The notes under the pieces are model-generated. The model saw nothing but the letters and a program-made list of their open reading frames with translations. It was not told where the DNA came from and ran no database searches. A stretch of DNA of 64,000 nucleotides, taken from assembly GCA_016223105.1 (NCBI GenBank), contig JACRPR010000040.1, forward strand, positions 18,940 to 82,939. The letters are read 5' to 3'. Positions 17,843 to 27,017 of this stretch are shown piece after piece (position 1 is the stretch's first letter; each line of letters opens with the position of its first letter). The DNA is from Chloroflexota bacterium (GTDB taxonomy: Bacteria > Chloroflexota > Anaerolineae > UBA4142). Both the position numbers and the translations under genes were made by a program.

Positions 17843-18886
17843 ATGCACCGCTTGACGCGCGCGTGGCATCACGCGCCGATTTTCCAAAAAGTTTTTCTGG
17901 CAAACGCCGCGATTATTTTGATTGGCGCGATTGGCGGCACGTTCATCACGCAACAATTGTGGCTGTGGTCGGGTTCGCTGTTGGCATTGTTCTTTGCGAC
18001 CATCGGCACGACGTTGAGTCTCGTCGTCAATTATGTGATTCTTCGCAACGCGCTCAATCCTCTGCATCTCCTCGAACGCACACTCGACCAAATTGATCGC
18101 GGCGACACGACCGTGCGCGCGCCGGTCGAAGCGATTGGCGACCCGGAATTACTGCACCTCGCGCGCGCGCTCAACACGATGCTGGGACGCTTGGCGATTC
18201 ATACGCGGATGATTGAAAAACATCGCGCGCGTTTGCGCGAATTGTCCGGGCGCGTGCTCATCGCGCAAGAGGACGAGCGCAAACGCATCGCGCGCGAATT
18301 GCACGACGACACGAGCGGCGCGCTCGCGCGCGTTCTGCTCAATATCGAAATGTCCGAAGAATTGCTTCCCGCGGAACTGGTCGAACTGCGCGATAAAATT
18401 CAACACACGCGTTTGATTGCCGAGCAAGCGTTGGAAACGGTGCACAAACTCATTTTCGATTTGCGCCCCACGCTGTTGGACGACCTGGGACTCGTCGCGG
18501 CGGTGCGCTGGTACGCGAAAGAAAATTTCGACGCCGCCGGAATTCAATTGCAATTTCACGCGGCGGACGACCTGGGACGCGCCGCGCCGGCAATCGAAAT
18601 CGCGATGTATCGCATCGCGCAAGAAGCGGTAACGAACATCATTCGCCACGCGCGCGCGCGCCACGCGCGCATCGAACTCGCGCGCGCGCAATCGCGCTGG
18701 GTCTTGACGGTGCAAGACGACGGACACGGCTTTGACGCGGGCGACGCCACACACGAGCGCGACGAGGGCGCGCGCTGGGGTTTGTTCGGGATGCAAGAGC
18801 GCGTGCAACTCTTGGGCGGTGCGCTCAACATCACATCCCAGGTCGGCGGCGGCACAACACTTCGCGTCGAAATTCCGGTCGAGTGA
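17843..18886 (+). CDS. Sensor histidine kinase (NarX/DegS-type HisKA_3)
   Basis: Two N-terminal transmembrane helices, a HAMP-like linker, the H-box 'ERKRIARELHDDTSGAL', and HATPase_c motifs ('EAVTNIIRHA', 'DDGHGF', 'GLFGMQER'). Confidence 0.9.
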   Translation: MHRLTRAWHHAPIFQKVFLANAAIILIGAIGGTFITQQLWLWSGSLLALFFATIGTTLSLVVNYVILRNALNPLHLLERTLDQIDRGDTTVRAPVEAIGDPELLHLARALNTMLGRLAIHTRMIEKHRARLRELSGRVLIAQEDERKRIARELHDDTSGALARVLLNIEMSEELLPAELVELRDKIQHTRLIAEQALETVHKLIFDLRPTLLDDLGLVAAVRWYAKENFDAAGIQLQFHAADDLGRAAPAIEIAMYRIAQEAVTNIIRHARARHARIELARAQSRWVLTVQDDGHGFDAGDATHERDEGARWGLFGMQERVQLLGGALNITSQVGGGTTLRVEIPVE

Positions 18887-18936
18887 TTGCCGTCAGGAAA
18901 TCCAAAGTCTGAAATCTGAAATCTGAAATTATCGCG

Positions 18937-19608
18937 ATGTCAAAAATTCGTATTCTCATTTGCGACGACCACACGATTTTGCGCGACGGCATTCGCTTGT
19001 TGCTCGACGCGCAACCGGATATGGAAGTCATCGCCGAAGCCGCCGACGGGCGCGAGGCAGTCGAAAAAGCGCGCGCGCTCAAGCCGGACGTGATTTTGAT
19101 GGATATCGCGATGCCTCTGCTTAACGGCATCGAAGCGACCAAGCAAATTCGGCGCGAGCAACCGGACGCGCGCGTCCTGGTGCTGACGATGTACGAGAAC
19201 GACGAGTACATCGCGCAAATGCTCGAAGCCGGCGCGGCGGGGTACGTGTTGAAAAAAGTCGCGGGCAGTGAATTGGTGTACGCGATTCACGCGGTCGGGC
19301 ACGGCGAAACATTTTTGTATCCCTCGATTACGCGGCGACTCGTCGAAGATTATTTGCGCCGCGTCCAAGCCGGGCAAGAACGCGAAACGTTCGACGGTCT
19401 CACCGACCGCGAGCGCGAAATTTTGCAACTTATCGCGGAGGGACACGCGACGAAAAAAATCGCGGCACTGCTCAACGTGAGCGGGCGCACGGTGCAAAAT
19501 CATCGCGCGCACATTATGGAAAAATTGGGCATGCACAATCGCAGTGAACTGATTCGCTACGCGCTCGAAAAAGGCATCATCGAATTGCCGGTCAAACGCG
19601 CCGAGTAA
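18937..19608 (+). CDS. NarL/LuxR family response regulator
   Basis: REC domain ('ILICDDH', 'DVILMDIAMP') plus a LuxR HTH ('LTDREREILQLIAEGHATKKIAALLNVSGRTVQNHR'). Confidence 0.9.
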   Translation: MSKIRILICDDHTILRDGIRLLLDAQPDMEVIAEAADGREAVEKARALKPDVILMDIAMPLLNGIEATKQIRREQPDARVLVLTMYENDEYIAQMLEAGAAGYVLKKVAGSELVYAIHAVGHGETFLYPSITRRLVEDYLRRVQAGQERETFDGLTDREREILQLIAEGHATKKIAALLNVSGRTVQNHRAHIMEKLGMHNRSELIRYALEKGIIELPVKRAE

Positions 19609-19609
19609 T

Positions 19610-19686
19610 GTCATTTTGAGCGAAGCGACGCAAAGCGTCTCCACCGTCGCGCGCGAGACGCTTTGCGTCGCTTCGCTCGAAATGAC
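19610..19686. repeat. Family-A palindromic element, copy 2 (variant)
   Basis: GTCATTTTGAGCGAAGCGACGCAAAGCGTCTC...GAGACGCTTTGCGTCGCTTCGCTCGAAATGAC. It starts 2 nt after the response regulator stop. Confidence 0.8.
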
Positions 19687-19700
19687 AATTAGAATTATTT

Positions 19701-19734
19701 AGCCGAAGGACACATCGTCCTCCGGCTTTTTTAT
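19701..19734 (+). terminator. Rho-independent terminator
   Basis: AGCCGAAGGACACATCGTCCTCCGGCTTTTTT: a 9-bp stem with 1 mismatch followed by a T-run. Confidence 0.7.
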
Positions 19735-19853
19735 TTGCGCGCCGCGTGATACGTTTTTCGCCGCCGAATGAGTATCTCGTGCAAACGAAATGAATGAGAC
19801 GCCATATTTCAAAAATCGCGTACGCGCCGTAAACTGCAAGCGTCGGAGGAGAA

Positions 19854-20432
19854 ATGTTGGATTCGTCTCTCCGCGATTGGGTCAACCTTCAATCGCATCA
19901 AAACATCAACACCTGTTTCACCTGCGCGAAATGCACGGCGGGCTGTCCGGTCGCGTTCGCGATGGAGTTTGGTCCGCATCGCATTTTGCAAATGGTGCGC
20001 TTTGGAATGAACGACGCCGCGCTCGCGAGCCGCGATATTTGGTTGTGCGCGGGATGCGAAACCTGCGCGACGCGTTGCCCGAACGATGTGGACGTTGCCG
20101 CGCTGATGGACGCGTTGCGCCAAATTTCGCTTGCCAAAAAATCGCGCAACCCCGCGCGCGATATCGCCGACTTTCATCGCGCGTACTTGCTCCTCATCAA
20201 ATTGTTCGGACGCATGCACGAGGCATCGCTGATGATTCTGGTCAAACTGATCACGCGTGATCTGCTCGCGGATATGGGCGCGGGTGTGCAGTTGGTTTTG
20301 AAAGGAAAAATTCCGATTGTGCCGGAACGCATTCGTGGGACAGGTGAAGTGAGCAGAATGTTGAACGCGGAAAAACGTAATTCGCGCGAAGCGTTCGTAA
20401 TTCGTAATTCGCAATTCGGAAATCAAAAATGA
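19854..20432 (+). CDS. hdrC: Heterodisulfide reductase subunit C (HdrC-like)
   Basis: RBS GGAGGA. Two ferredoxin-like motifs, 'CFTCAKCTAGCP' and 'CAGCETCATRCP'. Its stop overlaps the hdrB start (ATGA). Confidence 0.85.
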   Translation: MLDSSLRDWVNLQSHQNINTCFTCAKCTAGCPVAFAMEFGPHRILQMVRFGMNDAALASRDIWLCAGCETCATRCPNDVDVAALMDALRQISLAKKSRNPARDIADFHRAYLLLIKLFGRMHEASLMILVKLITRDLLADMGAGVQLVLKGKIPIVPERIRGTGEVSRMLNAEKRNSREAFVIRNSQFGNQK

Positions 20433-21241
20433 AATTCGCCTATTACCCAGGATGCAGTTTGCACGCGACCGGGTTGGAGTACGACCAATCCACCCGCGCC
20501 GCGTTGTGCGCGCTCGATGTCGAACTCGACGAACTGCGCGATTGGAATTGTTGCGGCGCGTCGTCCGCACACGCACTCGATGCGAACGCCGCGATCCTTC
20601 TCGCCGCGCGCAATCTCGCGCTCGCGCAACGCGCGCATCGCGATGTGATCGCGCCGTGCGCCGCGTGTTTCAATCGGCTCAAAGTTGCGGAGCATATTCT
20701 CAAAACCGATTCGACGCGCCGCGTCGAAATCGAACGCGCGCTCGATTTTTATTACGCCGACGCGACCCAGATTCTCAATCCGATTGACCTGGTCGTGAAT
20801 CACATCGGTTTGCCACGCGTGCGCGCCGCCGTGAAAAATCCGCTCACCGATTTGCGCGTCGTCCCACACATCACGCAATTCGACGATCCCGAACATCCGC
20901 GCGCGCTCGATCAACTCCTCTCCGCCATTGGCGCACAGCCATGCGAGTGGGCGGATGCGACGCATTGTTGCGGCGGCTCGCTCTCGCTGACGCGCGCGAA
21001 CATCGTCATCAAACTCGTGGATGACCTGGTCGCGCACGCGCGCGATGTCAACGCGCAAGCCATCGTTACCGCGTGCCCGCTTTGCCAAATCAATCTCGAA
21101 ATGCGTCAGACGCGCGCGGACAAATTGCCGATTGTGTATTTCACCGAATTGATGGGACTCGCGTTCGGATTAAAAGAATCGCGCAAGTGGTGGGGCAAGC
21201 ATCTCATCAATCCGCGCGAATTGGTGAGCCGGTATCAGTGA
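20429..21241 (+). CDS. hdrB: Heterodisulfide reductase subunit B (HdrB-like, two CCG domains)
   Basis: 'YYPGCSL...NCCGAS...APCAACF' and '...HCCGGSL...TACPLCQ' are duplicated CCG (Cys-rich) motifs. Confidence 0.85.
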   Translation: MKFAYYPGCSLHATGLEYDQSTRAALCALDVELDELRDWNCCGASSAHALDANAAILLAARNLALAQRAHRDVIAPCAACFNRLKVAEHILKTDSTRRVEIERALDFYYADATQILNPIDLVVNHIGLPRVRAAVKNPLTDLRVVPHITQFDDPEHPRALDQLLSAIGAQPCEWADATHCCGGSLSLTRANIVIKLVDDLVAHARDVNAQAIVTACPLCQINLEMRQTRADKLPIVYFTELMGLAFGLKESRKWWGKHLINPRELVSRYQ

Positions 21242-21271
21242 AACGTAAAACGTGATGCGTGATGGGAGCAT

Positions 21272-21354
21272 GTCATTGCGAGGAGCGATTTTTGCGACGA
21301 AGCAATCTCCGAACGGTGCGTGGGGATTGCTTCGCACAGAACGCTCGCAATGAC
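21272..21354. repeat. Family-A palindromic element, copy 3
   Basis: GTCATTGCGAGGAGCGATTTTTGCGACGAAGCAATCTCC...GGGGATTGCTTCGCACAGAACGCTCGCAATGAC, between hdrB and the next gene. Confidence 0.85.
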
Positions 21355-21366
21355 AAGAGTCGCGAT

Positions 21367-22758
21367 ATGTTAAACGATTCAACTAACCAACTATCCAACC
21401 ATCCAACTAACCAACCAACCGGCGCAGTCCTGGTTGTCGGCGCGGGGATTGGCGGAATGCAAGCATCGCTCGATCTCGCGGACGCCGGTTTTAAGGTGTA
21501 CTTGCTCGACCGCGCGCCCGCGATTGGCGGACGAATGGCGCAACTCGACAAAACATTTCCGACGAACGATTGCGCGATGTGCATCATGTCGCCGAAACTC
21601 GTCGAGACCGGACGCCATCTCAACATCGAAATCATCACGACCGCCGATTTGGAAAAAGTTGAAGGCGAGCCGGGAAATTTCACCGCGACGATTCGCGAGC
21701 ATCCGCGTTACGTTGATCTTTCGAAATGCACCGGGTGCGGCGATTGCGCGGCGAAATGTCCGATCACTTTGCCGGATGAATTTAATACCGGGATGAGCGC
21801 GCGCAAAGCGATTTACAAATTGTATCCGCAAGCGATTCCGAACGCGTTCGCGATTGAAAAGCGCGGCATCGCGCCGTGTCGCGACGCGTGCCCCGCGCAT
21901 CAACGCGCGATGGGTTATATCGCGCTGATTCGCGAACGCCGGTTCGCCGACGCGTATCGCGTGATCAAAGAAGACAATCCGTTTCCCTCGATTTGCGGAC
22001 GCGTCTGCATCGCGAAATGCGAGACCGCGTGCAATCGCGCGCAGTTCGATGCGCCGGTTGCGATTCGCGATTTGAAACGTTTCGTCGCGGATTGGGCGTG
22101 GAATCAGTCAGCAGTCAACAGTCAACAGTCAACAGTCGTCAGTCAACAGTCGTCAGTCAATTCCCAATTACCACTTACCAATTACCAGGTCGCAATCATT
22201 GGCTCCGGTCCCGCCGGGATGACCTGCGCGGCAGACCTGGTGCGACAAGGTTATGGCGTTACCGTGTTCGAAGCGTTGCCGGTCGCGGGCGGAATGATGC
22301 GCGTCGGCGTGCCGAATTTTCGCTTGCCGTACGACCGCGTGCAAAAAGAGATTGACGACATTCTCGCGCTTGGCGTCGAACTAAAATTGAACACGCGCAT
22401 TGATGATGTCGAAAAACTTTTCGTGGATGGATTCGATGCGGTCTTCTTCGCGGCTGGTTCACATCGCGCGCGCAAACTGCCGATCCCCAACGCGAATCAT
22501 CCCGACGCGATCCTCTCGTTGGATTTGTTGCGCGATACGAGTTTGGGAATTTCAGAATCAGGGAATCCCCAATCTGAAATCTGCAATTTGAAATCTAAAG
22601 TTGCGAATCGCCGCGTCCTGGTTTTGGGCGGCGGCGCAGTCGCGGTGGACGCGGCGACGACCGCGCGACGACTCGGCGCGTTCAGCGTTGCGATGGCTTG
22701 CCTCGACGCGCGCGCGACAATGCCCGCGACAAAAGAGGATTTGGCGCAAGCTGACTAA
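21367..22758 (+). CDS. HdrL-like giant fusion, N-terminal part (QmoA-like HdrA FAD domain, ferredoxin, NfnB/GltD Fe-S and first Rossmann domain)
   Basis: ATG at 21367 lies after the repeat. 'VVGAGIGGMQASLDLADAGFKVYLLDR...GGRMAQLDKTFPTNDCAMCIMSPK' is HdrA-type. 'CTGCGDCAAKCP'. 'CRDACPA...NPFPSICGRVCIAKCETACNR' and 'VAIIGSGPAGMTCAADL' are GltD/NfnB-type. It ends at an in-frame TAA (22756-22758) in the middle of a conserved domain. Confidence 0.8.
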   Translation: MLNDSTNQLSNHPTNQPTGAVLVVGAGIGGMQASLDLADAGFKVYLLDRAPAIGGRMAQLDKTFPTNDCAMCIMSPKLVETGRHLNIEIITTADLEKVEGEPGNFTATIREHPRYVDLSKCTGCGDCAAKCPITLPDEFNTGMSARKAIYKLYPQAIPNAFAIEKRGIAPCRDACPAHQRAMGYIALIRERRFADAYRVIKEDNPFPSICGRVCIAKCETACNRAQFDAPVAIRDLKRFVADWAWNQSAVNSQQSTVVSQQSSVNSQLPLTNYQVAIIGSGPAGMTCAADLVRQGYGVTVFEALPVAGGMMRVGVPNFRLPYDRVQKEIDDILALGVELKLNTRIDDVEKLFVDGFDAVFFAAGSHRARKLPIPNANHPDAILSLDLLRDTSLGISESGNPQSEICNLKSKVANRRVLVLGGGAVAVDAATTARRLGAFSVAMACLDARATMPATKEDLAQAD

Positions 22759-23013
22759 GAGGGCATTGCGATTTATCCGTCGCGATCGTTCAAACGCGTC
22801 GTCGTCGAAAATGGAAAAATCACCGGCGTCGAATGTGTCAACGTCAAATCGTTCGCGTTCGATAAAGATGGACGACTTGCGCTCGAAACACATCCGAACA
22901 CCGAACACCTTCTCGAATGTGACACGGTAATTTTCGCGATTGGGCAAGGTCCCGATCTCGCGCCGATTCAAAATTCGCAAGGCGCGCAACAAACGCCGCG
23001 GCGCACGCTCGCG

Positions 23014-25968
23014 GTGAATCCCGAAACGCTTGCAACCGGGCGACCTGGTTTGTTCGCCGGCGGCGACGCGGTTACCGGCGTTGGTTTCATCATTGACGCG
23101 ATTGCCGCCGGACATCGCGCCGCAAATTCGATTCAGACATATCTCAGTCGTCGGTCAACAGTCAACAGTCAACAGTTACCAATTACCAATTCAGTCGTGA
23201 AATTATCGCGCGACGAAATCACCGCGCGCGTTGAAACCGGCAAGGTAACAAAACGCGAGCGTGTCGAACGGAAATGGATTGATGCCGGGACGCGCGTGCA
23301 CTCGTTCGAAGAATTTGCATTGCCGATGTCGGAAGAGGAAGCGGTCGCGGAGGCGCAACGCTGTCTCGAATGTGGTGTGTGTTCCGAGTGCCTCGAATGT
23401 GTGTACGCGTGTCGCGCTGGCGCGGTCAATCACGCGGCGATTGAAGCGACGCGTGAACTGCAAGTCGGCGCGGTGATTCTCACACCTGGTGTCGAGCCGA
23501 TTGATTTACGTGCCCCTTCGACTTCGCTCAGGGTGGGCTATCGTCCCGAGTACGGTTACGGGCGTTACCCGAACGTCGTTACGTCGCTCGAGTTCGAACG
23601 CTTTTTGTCCGCAACCGGTCCGACCCAGGGTGTTGTCGCGCGACCGAGCGATGGCGCGCATCCGAAAAAAATCGCGTGGATTCAATGCGTTGGTTCGCGC
23701 GATTGCGCGCGCGACCAGGGCTATTGCTCTTCGATTTGTTGTATGTACGCGACGAAAGAAGCGGTCATTGCGCGCGAGCATAGCGCGGAGATCGCGCCGA
23801 CAATTTTTTATCTCGACATTCGCGCGTACGGCAAAGAGTTCGACCGCTACATCGAGCGCGCGAAAAACCAGGGCGTCCGTTACATTCGCTCGATGGTCAG
23901 CGCGATTGAACCTGGTGCGAACGGAAATTTGAATGTGCGTTACGCGCTCGACGATGGACCCAAGACCGAAGAATTTGAAATGGTCGTGTTGTCGGTCGGC
24001 GTGAAACCGAGCGCGGAAACGCGCGCGCTCGCGCAACGCCTCGGCATCGCGTTGAATGAGTACGGTTTCACGGAATCCATTTCGTTCGCGCCAACCGCGA
24101 CCTCGCGACCTGGTATTTTTGTCGCGGGCACATTCCGCGAACCGAAAGATATTCCAGAGACGGTCATCGAAGCATCCGCCGCCGCCGCGTGCGCGTCGCA
24201 ATTGCTCGCGTCCGCGCGTGGAACGCTCGCGCGCGTCAAAACGTATCCGCCCGAACGCGACGTGGCGGAAGAAGAACCGCGCGTCGGCGTGTTCGTGTGT
24301 CATTGCGGCATCAACATTGGCGGAGTCGTGCGCGTGCCGGAAGTCGTCGAGTTTGCAAAGACGTTGCCGGGTGTCGTGTACGCGGAACACAATCTCTACA
24401 CCTGTTCGCAAGATACGCAAGCGCGTATCAAGGCGCGCATCGAAGAAAATCATCTGAATCGCGTCGTCGTCGCGAGTTGCACGCCGCGCACGCACGAGCC
24501 CTTGTTCCAGGATACATTGCGCGAAGCGGGATTGAACCCTCACCTGTTCGAACTCGCGAATATCCGCGAGCAAGACGCGTGGGTGCATCGCGGCGATCGC
24601 GACGCGGCGACGCGCAAAGCGCAAGACCTGGTCGCGATGATGGTCGCGCGCGCGCAACACGACTCGCCGTTGTATCGCCTCGTGTTCGACATCAATCCGC
24701 GCGCGCTCGTGATCGGCGGCGGATTTGCCGGAATGACTGCGGCGTTGACGATTGCGGAACAGGGGCACGATGTTTTCCTGGTCGAGCGCGACGCCGAGCT
24801 GGGCGGACACGCGCGGCACATTCAGTTTGCAGTGAACGGTGAACAGTCAACAGTCAACTGTGTGGATGTGCAAGCAATGTTGCACGACACGATTGCGCGT
24901 GTGATGGAACATCCGCGCGTGCACGTTTACACGCGCGCAGAAATCAATGATGTTGCCGGTTATGTCGGACGATTTGTTTCGCGGATTCACCTCGCGGATG
25001 AAGACGCGAACATCGCGCTCGATCACGGCGCAATCGTCGTCGCGACCGGCGCGCGCGCCGCGACGCCGCGCGAGTATTTGTATGGCATGGACAACCGCGT
25101 GATCACTCAGCAAGATTTGGAATCGCTGATCATCAATCGAAAATCAGAAATCGAAAATCAAAAATCAATCGTGATGATTCAATGCGTCGGCTCACGCGAC
25201 GAATCGCGCGCGTACTGCTCGCGCATTTGCTGTCAACAGGCAATCAAGAACGCGCTCAAGTTGAAGGAACTGAATCCGCAAACGCAAATCGTCGTGTTGT
25301 ATCGCGACCTGCGCGCGTACGGCTTCAAAGAAGATTTGTATCGCCGCGCGCGCGAGCAAGGTGTTTTGTTTCTGCCGTACGAATTGGATGCCAAGCCGAA
25401 CGTCGCAATCGCGAATGACAAACTGCGCGTTACTGCGCGCGCCGCGTTCGCTCCGAATGGAAAAATCGAACTCGAACCCGACCTGGTTGTGTTGAGCGCG
25501 GGCATCGAGCCGAACGATAACGCGCCGCTCGCGCAACTCTTAAAAGTGCCGCTGACCCAGGATGGATTTTTTCTCGAAGCGCACGCGAAACTGCGCCCGC
25601 TCGATTTCGCCGCCGATGGAATTTTTCTCGCCGGACTCGCGCACTCGCCGCGCGCGCTCGACGAATCGATCGCGCAAGCGCAAGGCGCGGCGATTCGCGC
25701 CGTCGCGCTCTTGTCACAAAAACAACGCGAAGCCGTCGCGACCGTCGCGACCGTGAACGAACGCCTGTGCGCGGGATGCGGCTTGTGTGTCGAGATGTGT
25801 CCGTACGGCGCGCGCGCGCTCGACGCGGACGCGCACATCGCGCAAGTGAACGCGGCGCTGTGCCAGGGTTGCGGCGCGTGCGTAACCGCGTGTCCGAACG
25901 GCGCATCGCAACAACGCGCGTTCGAAATGCCGCAAGTGTTTGCGATGATTGAAAACGCAGTCGCGTAA
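23014..25968 (+). CDS. HdrL-like giant fusion, C-terminal part (end of NfnB/GltD domain, HdrA middle region, complete second HdrA)
   Basis: Same frame as 21367..22758. Homology is continuous from codon 22759 ('EGIAIYP...DTVIFAIGQ...GLFAGGDAVTG'). No ATG/GTG/TTG occurs in frame before the GTG at 23014. 'QCVGSRD...YCSSICCMY', 'VFVCHCGINI', 'ASCTPRTHE', and a terminal 2x[4Fe-4S] ('CAGCGLCVEMCP', 'CQGCGACVTACP'). Confidence 0.8.
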   Translation: MNPETLATGRPGLFAGGDAVTGVGFIIDAIAAGHRAANSIQTYLSRRSTVNSQQLPITNSVVKLSRDEITARVETGKVTKRERVERKWIDAGTRVHSFEEFALPMSEEEAVAEAQRCLECGVCSECLECVYACRAGAVNHAAIEATRELQVGAVILTPGVEPIDLRAPSTSLRVGYRPEYGYGRYPNVVTSLEFERFLSATGPTQGVVARPSDGAHPKKIAWIQCVGSRDCARDQGYCSSICCMYATKEAVIAREHSAEIAPTIFYLDIRAYGKEFDRYIERAKNQGVRYIRSMVSAIEPGANGNLNVRYALDDGPKTEEFEMVVLSVGVKPSAETRALAQRLGIALNEYGFTESISFAPTATSRPGIFVAGTFREPKDIPETVIEASAAAACASQLLASARGTLARVKTYPPERDVAEEEPRVGVFVCHCGINIGGVVRVPEVVEFAKTLPGVVYAEHNLYTCSQDTQARIKARIEENHLNRVVVASCTPRTHEPLFQDTLREAGLNPHLFELANIREQDAWVHRGDRDAATRKAQDLVAMMVARAQHDSPLYRLVFDINPRALVIGGGFAGMTAALTIAEQGHDVFLVERDAELGGHARHIQFAVNGEQSTVNCVDVQAMLHDTIARVMEHPRVHVYTRAEINDVAGYVGRFVSRIHLADEDANIALDHGAIVVATGARAATPREYLYGMDNRVITQQDLESLIINRKSEIENQKSIVMIQCVGSRDESRAYCSRICCQQAIKNALKLKELNPQTQIVVLYRDLRAYGFKEDLYRRAREQGVLFLPYELDAKPNVAIANDKLRVTARAAFAPNGKIELEPDLVVLSAGIEPNDNAPLAQLLKVPLTQDGFFLEAHAKLRPLDFAADGIFLAGLAHSPRALDESIAQAQGAAIRAVALLSQKQREAVATVATVNERLCAGCGLCVEMCPYGARALDADAHIAQVNAALCQGCGACVTACPNGASQQRAFEMPQVFAMIENAVA

Positions 25969-25988
25969 AACGTAAAATGGAGTACGCA

Positions 25989-26405
25989 ATGTCGGACAAT
26001 AATCACGAACCTCGCATCGTCGCGTTTCTGTGTAATTGGTGCACGTACACCGGCGCGGATTTAGCCGGCACATCGCGTCTGCAATATCCGCCGAACGTTC
26101 GCATCATTCGATTGATGTGTAGTGGCGCGGTGGATCCGGTGTATGTGTTAAAGCCACTGCTCGACGGCGCGGATGGCGTGTTGATTGGCGGCTGTCATCC
26201 CGGCGATTGTCATTATCAATCCGGGAATTACAAAGCGCGCCGGCGTTTCGCGGTTTTGCAAGAAACGCTCGACGAACTGGGTTTCGATAAAGACCGTGTG
26301 TGGTTGCGCTGGATTAGCGCGAGCGAAGGCGCGCAATTCGCGGACACAATTCGAGAAATGACCGCGATGTTGAAAAGCAAGTTGGATAGTGCGATAGTTG
26401 GTTAG
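25989..26405 (+). CDS. MvhD/FlpD-like (methyl-viologen-reducing hydrogenase delta subunit family)
   Basis: 'EPRIVAFLCNWCTYTGADLAG...IRLMCSGAVDP...GADGVLIGGCHPGDCHY' is the MvhD signature. ATG at 25989 is preceded by GGAG; the alternative ATG is at 25977. Confidence 0.85.
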   Translation: MSDNNHEPRIVAFLCNWCTYTGADLAGTSRLQYPPNVRIIRLMCSGAVDPVYVLKPLLDGADGVLIGGCHPGDCHYQSGNYKARRRFAVLQETLDELGFDKDRVWLRWISASEGAQFADTIREMTAMLKSKLDSAIVG

Positions 26406-26483
26406 TTGGTTAGTTGCCTAGTCGCGATTGATGGCAACTATCAAACTATCAAACCATACAACTATTCAACTAGGAAACAAACG

Positions 26484-26969
26484 ATGCCAGGGCTGAATCA
26501 AGTTGATGTTAAACACATCGAAAGAATTTTGAATATCGTGTTGGACGACGCGCGTCCGCCGGTGGGACGGTGTCGTTTGCTGTCGAGCGGATTCGCGCCG
26601 TATCACACTTTGCAACTCGCGGAAAATGTTTCTGGATTCAAAGGATGTATCGGTTGCGGCAATTGCATTGACGCGTGCCCAATGCTCGCGCGCGAACCGC
26701 GTCGCCGCGCGCGCACGCCGCAACGCACCTCGTTCGCGCTCGAAGCGTTGGTCGCGGACGATTGCGACCGGTGCGATAACTGTGTCCTGGTTTGTCCGCA
26801 AGTGGACACGACCATCAAACAGTACATCGTCAATACCAGGATGGTCGAGGGGATGGCGCGACTCGTAAAAAATTTAGAGCGCGAAGAATTTTTGATTTTC
26901 GATTTCTGGTTTACAAATTCTGGAGTCGAGCGTTTACGCGGTTATTCGCCCGGACCAACAACCCGCTAA
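26484..26969 (+). CDS. 4Fe-4S dicluster ferredoxin-domain protein
   Basis: 'CIGCGNCIDACP' and 'CDRCDNCVLVCP'. ATG at 26484. The last ~15 codons are supplied by a family-C repeat. Confidence 0.65.
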   Translation: MPGLNQVDVKHIERILNIVLDDARPPVGRCRLLSSGFAPYHTLQLAENVSGFKGCIGCGNCIDACPMLAREPRRRARTPQRTSFALEALVADDCDRCDNCVLVCPQVDTTIKQYIVNTRMVEGMARLVKNLEREEFLIFDFWFTNSGVERLRGYSPGPTTR

Positions 26970-26981
26970 AGCGTCGAGTCC
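26922..26981. repeat. Family-C element, single unit
   Basis: GGAGTCGAGCGTTTACGCGGTT...CAACAACCCGCTAAAGCGTCGAGTCC. Confidence 0.85.
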
Positions 26982-27017
26982 AAGAATCGTAAATCGAAAA
27001 TCGAAAATGGAGTTGTG

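Noticed and set aside
22756-22758. The in-frame stop in the giant Hdr fusion as a recoded selenocysteine or pyrrolysine codon. Some HdrA/HdrL-type proteins are selenoproteins.
   Set aside because: The codon is TAA. Sec uses TGA and Pyl uses TAG. The aligned position is expected to be Glu, not Cys/Sec.
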